Positions 29,076 through 37,483 of a stretch of DNA of 64,000 nt are shown here, one piece after another; the stretch's first letter is position 1, and each line of letters opens with the position of its first letter. Under the pieces are notes generated by a model. The model was not told where the DNA came from. It saw only the letters and a list, made by a program, of their open reading frames with translations, and did not search any database. This DNA is from an uncultured Ignavibacteria bacterium. Lineage in GTDB: Bacteria; Bacteroidota; Ignavibacteria; Kapaibacteriales; Kapaibacteriaceae. The translations under genes and the position numbers were made by a program. Where the stretch lies: the NCBI GenBank assembly GCA_903939735.1, contig CAJAIA010000028.1, positions 115,152 through 179,151 on the forward strand. The letters are read 5' to 3'.

Positions 29076-30043
29076 TGTGATACCCCATGTGAGCCGGATC
29101 CAGCCGCCTTTGAAAGGCGATTCATGAGTGCCTCGCGGCGTTGAACGGCGGCGTCACAAAGTACGAGAATGGCAGCGAGTTGCAAATCATCCGCTCGACG
29201 CAATTCGGCGTAGATCGTCGATTCAGAAAGCGGAGAGGCAACTGCCGTATGAGGTAGATTTTGAAACGGATGCTCAGAGAGCACCATGATGGGATCACGA
29301 TACGAGGATGCGAGACGCAGGAGCTGATCCTCGTGTTCGCACAAGACAACTGGACATGTCGGTGCGTAATGCCGATAGCGTGTGCCCGGCGATGCACGTA
29401 GGTCATCGTGCGAGGTAGCCTCGTCGACAGCATATCCGAGGGCTTGCGTGAGCTGTTCACGGGAAACTGCGCCTGGACGTAAGATCGTGCATGTATCCAT
29501 ACCGAGCTGAATGACGGTACTCTCGAGTCCGATAGTGCATGGACCACCATCAAGAACATCGATGGTCGGGCCAAGATCATGCACTACGTGTTGTGCCGTC
29601 GTCGGACTTGGACGACCCGAGCGATTCGCGCTTGGAGCAGCAACGGGGCATCCAAGTTCCTCGATGAGAGCCCGTGCAACGTTGTGCTGTGGCATGCGGA
29701 CCGCTACCGTACTGAGACCAGCCGTAATGCGAGGCGAAACCGTCTTCGCTGAGGGCACCACACACGTCAGAGCTCCGGGCCAAAACAGTGCTGCAATCTT
29801 CCGCAGAACGCTGTGGTATTCATCAGCAGCAAGCTCACAGGCTTCGTCCACCGAGGCTACATGCACAATCAACGGATTGTCGGCTGGGCGCCCCTTGACC
29901 TCAAAAATGCGCTGCAGGCCCTCGTCGCTCTGGATCGACGCTGCTATCCCATACACCGTCTCGGTAGGCATCCCAATAACGCCACCAGCGCGTAGAACTA
30001 CAGCGCAAGTCGTGATGTTATCCGTGGTTGGCGCAAGAATCAT
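29072..30043 (-). CDS. tsaC: L-threonylcarbamoyladenylate synthase (Sua5/YwlC type)
   Basis: GGVIGMPTETVYGIAA and APSANRSGRPSPTTAQHV, plus a C-terminal Sua5 domain. ATG 30043 is preferred to the track TTG 30127. ATGA overlap with ptsH. Confidence 0.85.
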   Translation of the reverse strand: MILAPTTDNITTCAVVLRAGGVIGMPTETVYGIAASIQSDEGLQRIFEVKGRPADNPLIVHVASVDEACELAADEYHSVLRKIAALFWPGALTCVVPSAKTVSPRITAGLSTVAVRMPQHNVARALIEELGCPVAAPSANRSGRPSPTTAQHVVHDLGPTIDVLDGGPCTIGLESTVIQLGMDTCTILRPGAVSREQLTQALGYAVDEATSHDDLRASPGTRYRHYAPTCPVVLCEHEDQLLRLASSYRDPIMVLSEHPFQNLPHTAVASPLSESTIYAELRRADDLQLAAILVLCDAAVQRREALMNRLSKAAGSGSHGVSQ

Positions 30044-30156
30044 ACGCCAAAATACTGGTACCGCAAGGTAAATGGGTCTGAAACTTTCAGGCCGCTTTTG
30101 TATTCTTACCAGTTCACAACACGACAATCTACGTCTGTATCACCGGAGTTCTCGAT

Positions 30157-31911
30157 ATGCGCATTCGCCTTGCTCTCATCATCGCAACATTTGTTGCCGC
30201 TTGGTCCACCTCATCGGCACAATTGTCGCTCTTTACGTTTTTGAACAACAGTCCCGACCCGACGTTCGCGACTGCAGATCTCTACGTAACGCAGGCTGGC
30301 ATCGTCTCCAAGGTTGAAGACGTTCCGTTTCAGGGGGCCAACAACCTCAATTCCATTGCGGTGTTTGGCGACCTTGATGTGACGTTTGCCGTTGCGCCAG
30401 GCAACAGTATCGACGTGAATGAAGCGAAGGCCACATTCACATTCACGCCAGGTGCAGACAAGGGCTACATGGTAATGGTCCACGGTGTGTCAAACGCCAC
30501 TGGATACGTCCCAAACCCCGACAGCAAGCCAATCACGCTGAAGATGACGAGCTTTGAGGTTGTACCGTACACAGCCGACCCAAACAAGACAGGCGTGTAC
30601 TTCGTCCATGGCGTGTCCGACATGGAAACTGGTGATTTCTGGTTCCGTGGTGGCTCGAAGGTCGCTGTCGCAGGAATGGGCTACACAGACAATGCAGCTA
30701 CAGTAGCCGCTACGGAGCGCAAGGCTGTGACGGTTGACTTCACAAAGGCCGGCGATAAGTCAAAGGCTCTGGCCTCATTCTCAGTGGACTTTGCATCGCT
30801 TGCCAGCTCAGTTGTTGTATGCGTAACGAGTGGCTTTAAGACACCGTCGGAGAATGGCAACGGCAAGGATACGATGGCACTGCTCTCTGTTCTCGAAGAC
30901 GGCCGCGTTGTCCGCTCCCCACTCTTGGCAGGCTCGCAAACAAGTCGTGTACAGATCATTCACAATGCTGCTGATCCAACAGCTGCTGTTGTTGACTTGT
31001 GGGTCAATGGAACGAAGGCGTTTGACAACGTCAACTTCCGCAAGGCAACTCCATTCACGAACGTCCCTGCAAACTCGCCACTGGTAATCGGCATCGCTCC
31101 AGCTACGTCGTCGGCGTACAAGGACACCCTTGGTACCATTACGCTTGATCCGCTCCGCCCTGGCCGCACCTACTCACTCGTCGCCACAGGCGTTCTCGAT
31201 TCAACGAAGTTCCGTCGCAATCCGAACGGCAAGGCAATCAACTTCGAGATCGCCGTTCTTGAAGGTGCGCTCGAAGCATCGCCAGAAGCAGGCAAGACGG
31301 CTGTGCGCGTTGCGCACTTCTCTACAGATGCACCACGTGTTTCGATTGCAAGCACAACAACGAACTACGCAACAAATGTTACCTACGGCGATGCAGCAGC
31401 CACCTACGCCCTCGTATCGCCTGCACAGGACACGCTTTGGGTGAGCGGTGAAGATGGCAAGCGTATCCGTGGATATGTCTGCGATCTTCGTGGACAGAAC
31501 AAAGCGTTCCTTGCCCTTGCATCTGGTTTCTTTGTTCCCGATTCGAACCAAACTGGCCCGGCGTTCAAGCTCATTCTGGTTGAACCTAACGGCACCGTCA
31601 ATGCCTCGCTCCAAGAGGTCGAACCAGGTCCTGTATCAGTTGAAGAACTCCTCGATGCATCGGCATCATGGGTTGTCGGGCCAGTCCCGGCACGCGAACG
31701 TGTGAGCGTTCTTGTCCCAACCGCAGCCGTCCGCTTCGAGGTTGTATCGGTCTCTGGCGCTGTTGTTGCTCAGGGCGAATTCACGACAGACGCAGCCGGC
31801 GCACGCGCTACCATCGACGTAAGTGCTTTGGCTACAGGCACCTACATGATTCGTGCGACGAATGTCGACGGTACGCCACTCGGCCTTCGTTCGATTGTAG
31901 TTCAGCGATGA
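30157..31911 (+). CDS. DUF4397-repeat secreted protein with T9SS C-terminal sorting domain
   Basis: GGAG upstream. Signal peptide MRIRLALIIATFVAAWSTSSAQ. Repeats of the type V..IH.a.D....DL.vng. CTD ...VVGPVPARERVSVLV...LATGTYMIRATNVDG...SIVVQR. Confidence 0.75.
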   Translation: MRIRLALIIATFVAAWSTSSAQLSLFTFLNNSPDPTFATADLYVTQAGIVSKVEDVPFQGANNLNSIAVFGDLDVTFAVAPGNSIDVNEAKATFTFTPGADKGYMVMVHGVSNATGYVPNPDSKPITLKMTSFEVVPYTADPNKTGVYFVHGVSDMETGDFWFRGGSKVAVAGMGYTDNAATVAATERKAVTVDFTKAGDKSKALASFSVDFASLASSVVVCVTSGFKTPSENGNGKDTMALLSVLEDGRVVRSPLLAGSQTSRVQIIHNAADPTAAVVDLWVNGTKAFDNVNFRKATPFTNVPANSPLVIGIAPATSSAYKDTLGTITLDPLRPGRTYSLVATGVLDSTKFRRNPNGKAINFEIAVLEGALEASPEAGKTAVRVAHFSTDAPRVSIASTTTNYATNVTYGDAAATYALVSPAQDTLWVSGEDGKRIRGYVCDLRGQNKAFLALASGFFVPDSNQTGPAFKLILVEPNGTVNASLQEVEPGPVSVEELLDASASWVVGPVPARERVSVLVPTAAVRFEVVSVSGAVVAQGEFTTDAAGARATIDVSALATGTYMIRATNVDGTPLGLRSIVVQR

Positions 31912-31944
31912 TTCGTATCTTTGTGGTTCTCCCCAAGAGCCATA

Positions 31945-33291
31945 ATGTTTGAATCCCTAAGCGATAAACTCGAATACGCCCTTAAGGCTATCCGCGGTCA
32001 GAACAAACTGACCGAAGACAACGTCAATGAAGCATTGGCGGAGGTGCGTCGTGCACTTCTCGATGCTGACGTCAACTTTGGCGTCACGAAGAAGTTCATC
32101 GACGACGTCAAGGAAAAGTCTCTCGGTCTTGAGGTCAAGGGCAATGTCCTCCCTGGTCAGCTGATGATCAAGCTCATGCATGATGAGCTGGTCTCACTCA
32201 TGGGATCGTCCAAGAGCGACCTTATCACCGCACCGCAAGCACCGACGATCATTATGGTCGCGGGCCTGCAAGGTTCGGGTAAGACGACGTTCTGCGGCAA
32301 GCTTGCCTTTAGTCTGAAAAAGAAGGGCAAGCAGCCCCTCTTGGTGGCGTGTGACATCTACCGTCCAGCGGCTGTTGATCAGCTCAAGACGCTCGGCGCT
32401 TCGATGTCGCTCCCTGTGTTCGCCAAGGAGGGTGCCAAGCCTGTTGAGATCGCTGCCGAAGCTCTGCAGTATGCCAAGAAGTATGGACGCGATATCGTCA
32501 TCGTCGATACGGCCGGTCGCTTAACGATCGACGAAGAGATGATGCAAGAAGTCGCCGACCTCAAGGCGCTGCTGTCTCCTCATGAAGTCCTCTTCGTCTG
32601 CGATGCAATGACGGGCCAAGATGCGGTCAACACCGCACAGGCCTTCCATGATCGCCTCGAACTCACGGGTGTTGTCCTGACAAAGCTGGACGGCGATACA
32701 CGTGGTGGTGCAGCCTTGTCACTTCGTGCAGTGGTCGGAAAGCCGATCAAGTACGTTGGTGTGGGCGAGAAGATCGATGCACTCGAGCCGTTCTACCCAG
32801 AACGTATTGCATCGCGCATCCTCGGCATGGGCGATATCGTAACACTCGTGGAGAAGGCTCAAGCCCAGATCGACGAGAAGGAAGCGGAGCGCCTCGAAGA
32901 AAAGCTCAAGAAGAATCAGTTCACGTTTGAGGATTTTCTTGACCAGATGAAACTGATCAAGAAGATGGGCAACCTCCGTGACTTGCTCGGAATGATTCCT
33001 GGTGTCGACCGTGCACTGCGCGACGTACAAATCGACGATCGTGCGTTTGGACGGGTCGAAGCCATCATCCTCTCGATGACCAAAGAAGAACGTGGCAATC
33101 CACGCCTTCTCAATGGTAACCGCCGCAAGCGCATTGCTTCTGGTAGCGGAACATCGATTCAGGATGTCAATCGCCTTATCAAGCAATTTGAAGACATGCA
33201 GAAGATGATGCGGAACATGACAAAGGGTAAGATGGCGCAAATGATGGGCAACCGTCAAGTGCCTCAGTCCCCATTTGGCACGCGCCGCTGA
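31945..33291 (+). CDS. ffh: Signal recognition particle protein Ffh
   Basis: MFESLSDKLEYALKAIRG, then GLQGSGKTTFCGKLA, DTAGR and TKLDGDTRGG, and a Met-rich M domain. Confidence 0.95.
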   Translation: MFESLSDKLEYALKAIRGQNKLTEDNVNEALAEVRRALLDADVNFGVTKKFIDDVKEKSLGLEVKGNVLPGQLMIKLMHDELVSLMGSSKSDLITAPQAPTIIMVAGLQGSGKTTFCGKLAFSLKKKGKQPLLVACDIYRPAAVDQLKTLGASMSLPVFAKEGAKPVEIAAEALQYAKKYGRDIVIVDTAGRLTIDEEMMQEVADLKALLSPHEVLFVCDAMTGQDAVNTAQAFHDRLELTGVVLTKLDGDTRGGAALSLRAVVGKPIKYVGVGEKIDALEPFYPERIASRILGMGDIVTLVEKAQAQIDEKEAERLEEKLKKNQFTFEDFLDQMKLIKKMGNLRDLLGMIPGVDRALRDVQIDDRAFGRVEAIILSMTKEERGNPRLLNGNRRKRIASGSGTSIQDVNRLIKQFEDMQKMMRNMTKGKMAQMMGNRQVPQSPFGTRR

Positions 33292-33330
33292 TTCAATTTT
33301 ATTTCACCCTTTGTTTCCTAAGGAGACATC

Positions 33331-33831
33331 ATGGTAAAACTCCGCTTGCGTCGCCGCGGTCGTAAGAAGGCTCCATTCTACGACATCGTTGCGATCGACG
33401 GACGCGCTCGTCGTGACGGCGCTTCGATTGAACGCGTTGGGTATATCGACCCAATGACAACCCCTAAGAACGTCGTTCTCGACGTTTCACGTGCTCTGTA
33501 TTGGCTTGGCGTTGGTGCTCAGCCGACAGACATCGTGCAGCAAATTCTCAGCCGCGAAGGCGTTCTTCTTCGTCGCCACCTTACCTTCAAGGGTAAGTCG
33601 GAGGCAGAAATCGACGCAGCAGTTGAGCAGCACAAGGCTACGGCACTTGCACGCTACGACCGCTTGAAGAAGCGCCGCGCAGAGCGCGACAAGGCACGTG
33701 CAGAAGCTGCGAAGGTTCCTGTCGTCGTCGACGAGCCGGCACCTGCCGTCGTCGAAGAAGCAGCAGCCCCTGCAGAAGAAGCAGCGCCAGAGGCAGCAGC
33801 CGACGCAGCTCCAGAAGCAGCAGCCGAGTAA
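33331..33831 (+). CDS. rpsP: 30S ribosomal protein S16 with long Ala/Glu/Pro-rich C-terminal tail
   Basis: AAGGAG 5 nt upstream. MVKLRLRRRGRKKAPFYDIVAIDGRARRDG. About 70 aa low-complexity tail. Confidence 0.92.
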   Translation: MVKLRLRRRGRKKAPFYDIVAIDGRARRDGASIERVGYIDPMTTPKNVVLDVSRALYWLGVGAQPTDIVQQILSREGVLLRRHLTFKGKSEAEIDAAVEQHKATALARYDRLKKRRAERDKARAEAAKVPVVVDEPAPAVVEEAAAPAEEAAPEAAADAAPEAAAE

Positions 33832-33856
33832 CGCTCCCGGACATACGCAGACATCC

Positions 33857-33891
33857 AAAGCGCGCGTTCGTTCATCGAACGCGCGCTTTTT
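33857..33891 (+). terminator. Rho-independent terminator after rpsP
   Basis: AAAGCGCGCGTTCG-TTCAT-CGAACGCGCGCTTT followed by further T residues. The core is a perfect 11-bp GC-rich stem. Confidence 0.85.
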
Positions 33892-33905
33892 CGTTCTAAC
33901 GCAAC

Positions 33906-34355
33906 ATGCGAAGCTCCGTAACTTTGGAGATGCTACACCACACCATTGCCGACAGATATGTGCGCCAGCGCACGATGTATGGACGTTTGCTTCGCATGTG
34001 CTTTGCCTTCGCTGGTATGTTTTGGATAGTGATCTACCTTCAACCGCTCCAATCTCACGAAGCACTTCGGTCGGGCCAATCCGTTATCTACTTCATCTTG
34101 ATGACGGTGTGGGGACTCGACTACATGCGTGAGCAGCGTCGACTTACGCTGATCATCAACGCAGCGAATGAGCGCGGGATTCCACCGAACGAACTCGAGT
34201 TCGCTGCTGTCGCCGACCGTGCGTCACTCTTCTCGATGCTTACTCCGTCCCGCGGCATAGCTGGAATTGTCTTCCCCATCATCTTCACTGCCGGCCTTAT
34301 CTCTGCCTATGTTTTGGTCGTGATGCAATACATCATGGCGTTCCGCAGCGCTTAA
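33906..34355 (+). CDS. Hypothetical small membrane protein (about 3 TM)
   Basis: ORF with three hydrophobic segments (FAFAGMFWIVIYL, VIYFILMTVWGL, IAGIVFPIIFTAGLISAYVLVV). No recognisable family. Confidence 0.5.
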   Translation: MRSSVTLEMLHHTIADRYVRQRTMYGRLLRMCFAFAGMFWIVIYLQPLQSHEALRSGQSVIYFILMTVWGLDYMREQRRLTLIINAANERGIPPNELEFAAVADRASLFSMLTPSRGIAGIVFPIIFTAGLISAYVLVVMQYIMAFRSA

Positions 34356-34367
34356 CACCACCCTTCG

Positions 34368-35354
34368 ATGATCTCTCGAGCACAGCTTCTTCAGACACTG
34401 CGACAGCTCTTGCAGCGGGACACACCGCAGCATGCGTCGTTCCTGTCGCTGATCGCTTGTACGTTGCTCGCTCTCACGACAATCGGCATTGGCGTTCTCG
34501 AAGATTCGTTGATCGTAACAACGAACGGATACATCGCACTCATCGACATCAGCACGTCTCTATTGTTCCTGGCGGCGGTCCAGCAGTCAATGCGACGCCC
34601 CGATCTGACCTTTAACTACGGCTATGGCAAGTACGAGAGCCTCGCTATTCTTCTGAGCGCGAATCTTCTCATTGCCTTGAGCATCTACACGCTTTCGCAA
34701 GCTGTGCTCTTAGTGCAACAACCAGAAGCCCACGAAGCGTCGCTGATCCCGATCATCTGGAGCACTGCATCATTGTTCATCATGCGGTGGACAGGCAGAA
34801 TGCTCCGTCGGTATGCGAATCGTTTTCACATGCCGATGCTCAAGTACGATGCTGAGCTGTGGCGCACGGATTCGTGGATGGAGCTCGGCGTTGTATGCTC
34901 GCTCGTCGCAAGCGCTGCCCTACAGATTGCTGGATACTATGCGATAGGAGCTACGCTCGATGCGCTGGTATCTGTGGCTCTGATTGTCGTAGCGCTAAAG
35001 GTGCCTCTCACGCACGGACGTGAGGCATTCCGACAATTGCTGGACCGAACGCTTCCCGATGAAATGCAGTATGAGATTCTCGGCGTTATCGCAGAGAACC
35101 ACGACCGTATGTGTGAGTTTAAAAGCGTACACACACGTCAGTCGGGCAAAGACATCTTCATCGAGATCGATCTTGTGATGCCCTACGACTATCGTCTCGA
35201 GGAACTCTACAAACTTGAGTCCACGATCCTTGCGTCGCTTCATGGTTCGTTCCCGACAGCGATCCCACGCGTGTACGTAACACCGTGCGATCGGTCATGC
35301 GATCACGCTACCGGCACAACGTGTCCGGTAAAGCGCGCAGCTTTCAACGCTTAA
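34368..35354 (+). CDS. Cation diffusion facilitator family transporter
   Basis: Six TM segments followed by a cytoplasmic alpha/beta domain (...VHTRQSGKDIFIEIDLVM...). CDF-like Asp/His in TM2/TM5. Confidence 0.8.
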   Translation: MISRAQLLQTLRQLLQRDTPQHASFLSLIACTLLALTTIGIGVLEDSLIVTTNGYIALIDISTSLLFLAAVQQSMRRPDLTFNYGYGKYESLAILLSANLLIALSIYTLSQAVLLVQQPEAHEASLIPIIWSTASLFIMRWTGRMLRRYANRFHMPMLKYDAELWRTDSWMELGVVCSLVASAALQIAGYYAIGATLDALVSVALIVVALKVPLTHGREAFRQLLDRTLPDEMQYEILGVIAENHDRMCEFKSVHTRQSGKDIFIEIDLVMPYDYRLEELYKLESTILASLHGSFPTAIPRVYVTPCDRSCDHATGTTCPVKRAAFNA

Positions 35355-37483
35355 CGACCACGCTTCACTTCGATTTGGACCGTACGGCTGAGGAATCGCT
35401 CTTCAGGCGTTTCGTACGAATCAATACCCGGAGGGAATCGGTCAGTTCGGATTTCGTTGCACTGTAGATCAACACGCTTTTTCACATTCGCGCGAATAAC
35501 GCCGCACACCGCATCGGCACGCTTCTGCGACAACTTCTTGTTGAAGTCTGCATTTCCGAGCATATCGGCAAAGCCACGAACGATGACCGTCGAACCCGCT
35601 GGAAGATTTTCAATGAATGAGGCAATCTGCTGCTGTGCGATTGGCGTGATCTGATCGCTGGCGATATCAAACAACGTCAGCGTGAGACGCTCCAACTCAG
35701 TGCTTACCGTGTCCTTCCGGACAGAGATCAACGTTGTCGCAGATGCAGAGGCGTTGCGAATACCTCCAACACGTAGCGTTACATCAATTGGTTGCGCATG
35801 CTGCATTGCATCAGCAACGGCGGTTGTAAGCGTCTGCGTAACAGCCTCAGGAACACCCTTGCCCGTCTGCGAGAAGAGCACCGTCGACCCAGACATTGCC
35901 TGAAGACTCCAGTCAGTGATGTAGTTCTGCGATGTGCCTGTAGGATCAAAGGCAATCTTAGGAGGATCGACTGTACGCGCCTCATTGAAGCGGCGCTTAG
36001 CGACAGACCCTAACAAGCGAACGTCGGAAGGGACAATCTCGACGCGCCGATTTTCAGAATACCCCGACTCGCTTTGCTGACGCGTTGGACGTTCCGGCGC
36101 GCAGGAACCTGTGCCCGTCTCGATAGTGATCCGCGATTCGTCAATCTTCCACACACGGACGAGGTAGTTCTTCACTGCCTGCGCACGATTGCGCGCTAGT
36201 TCACAGTCGCCACCTTCAGTGGTCGGATCTGCCGTTCCGCGCAGTCGAATCGATGTACTCGACATCGATGTCATGCGCTCTCCAAGGATATTCAGAATGT
36301 CACGGTGGACTGCTGTGGTGCGAGGTGCGACGCTTTCAAGATCGAATTCACGAGCAGAGGCCACCTGATGGTAACGGAACGACAACGAAATCGCCTGGGA
36401 TTCAAAGAACACAACAGGTAGGATCGGCAACGCTTCGGTAATGAACTGCGTTGATACGTTGATCACGAACTCAGATTTCTGCGATCCATCCGGATACTGC
36501 GCACGTGCCGCGATAGCGGCTGTAATCTTCGGTGGCAACGGACGGAAGACCGTGTCTGTCCGATACATACGATCGGTAATCGTTACGAGATCTTCCCCAA
36601 CGACTGTATCGACGACCACGCGCTGTACGCCCTCTGCACGTCGATCAATGGCATCCGGTGCAACGTCGACAATCAACGAGTCAATGAATGTCTCGCTCTT
36701 CCGCTCAACAGACATTGGAGGCACCGGCGCATTCAACGAGAATGCAAGGCTCGCACCTACACGAAGGGCGTTTGCCTTCCATGCGACCGTTGTGTGCAAA
36801 TCGTTGAGACCAAAGGTATACAGCACCTCTGGCGTAAGAACCACAGAATGATTCTCCGTCATCGGAATATCAAGGCCAACACCGACCACAGCTCCAAGCA
36901 ATGGCGACCGCATACCGTCAATCATTTCATTGCTGATTTCATTGCGCGTGCGACGGCCATTCTCAAACGTTCCCGTTCCTGGAATGATCAGTGTCTCGCG
37001 CTGCGAAAATGTTGCGGGCGACATAAATCCGGCAGATCCACCTAGCATCAAACGGACAGGTGATGCAATGCGCCAATCAACAAGAAACTCGCCCCCTAAC
37101 CAGCCAAGTCGTGCGTCGAGTGTATGCCGCGTGATTCCCTCGGTGGCATTCGTTACAAAGATTGCTTGATCTACCTCGAACACACCGTCATAGGTGGCGT
37201 AGGTGCCGCGCAGCGTCAAGCGTACAGCCTTGCCAAGCTCTTGACGTACGAAGAGCGACAAGGCTGGTCCAATCCCTTGCGCCGAGGTATATCCGCCACA
37301 GCACGTAGGTGCCTGTGGAAGTATGATGTCGCCGCTGTGCATCACATAGCCAGCATTGATGCTCATTCCGACTTGGAACAGCGACACATCTTCTGGTGTG
37401 TCAATCTTCCACCACTGGGACGATGCCGTGAATGTGCAGCAGCACAACACAATCGCGATAAGTGCAGTCATACGATGCATCAT
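35351..37483 (-). CDS. OmpA family protein: N-terminal beta-barrel plus two OmpA-like peptidoglycan-binding domains
   Basis: ATG 37483 overlaps the upstream stop (ATGA). Signal peptide MMHRMTALIAIVLCCCTFTASSQ. OmpA-like motifs RGTADPTT...NRAQAVKNYL...NRRVEIV and RGFADMLGNADFNKKLSQKRADAV...RTVQIEV. Confidence 0.8.
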   Translation of the reverse strand: MMHRMTALIAIVLCCCTFTASSQWWKIDTPEDVSLFQVGMSINAGYVMHSGDIILPQAPTCCGGYTSAQGIGPALSLFVRQELGKAVRLTLRGTYATYDGVFEVDQAIFVTNATEGITRHTLDARLGWLGGEFLVDWRIASPVRLMLGGSAGFMSPATFSQRETLIIPGTGTFENGRRTRNEISNEMIDGMRSPLLGAVVGVGLDIPMTENHSVVLTPEVLYTFGLNDLHTTVAWKANALRVGASLAFSLNAPVPPMSVERKSETFIDSLIVDVAPDAIDRRAEGVQRVVVDTVVGEDLVTITDRMYRTDTVFRPLPPKITAAIAARAQYPDGSQKSEFVINVSTQFITEALPILPVVFFESQAISLSFRYHQVASAREFDLESVAPRTTAVHRDILNILGERMTSMSSTSIRLRGTADPTTEGGDCELARNRAQAVKNYLVRVWKIDESRITIETGTGSCAPERPTRQQSESGYSENRRVEIVPSDVRLLGSVAKRRFNEARTVDPPKIAFDPTGTSQNYITDWSLQAMSGSTVLFSQTGKGVPEAVTQTLTTAVADAMQHAQPIDVTLRVGGIRNASASATTLISVRKDTVSTELERLTLTLFDIASDQITPIAQQQIASFIENLPAGSTVIVRGFADMLGNADFNKKLSQKRADAVCGVIRANVKKRVDLQCNEIRTDRFPPGIDSYETPEERFLSRTVQIEVKRGR

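Noticed and set aside
33487-34132. ORFs 33487..34065 (-), 33654..33875 (-) and 33698..34132 (+) around the rpsP tail
   Set aside because: The GCN/GAA-rich tail of S16 keeps several frames open. They cross a strong terminator and have no coding features.
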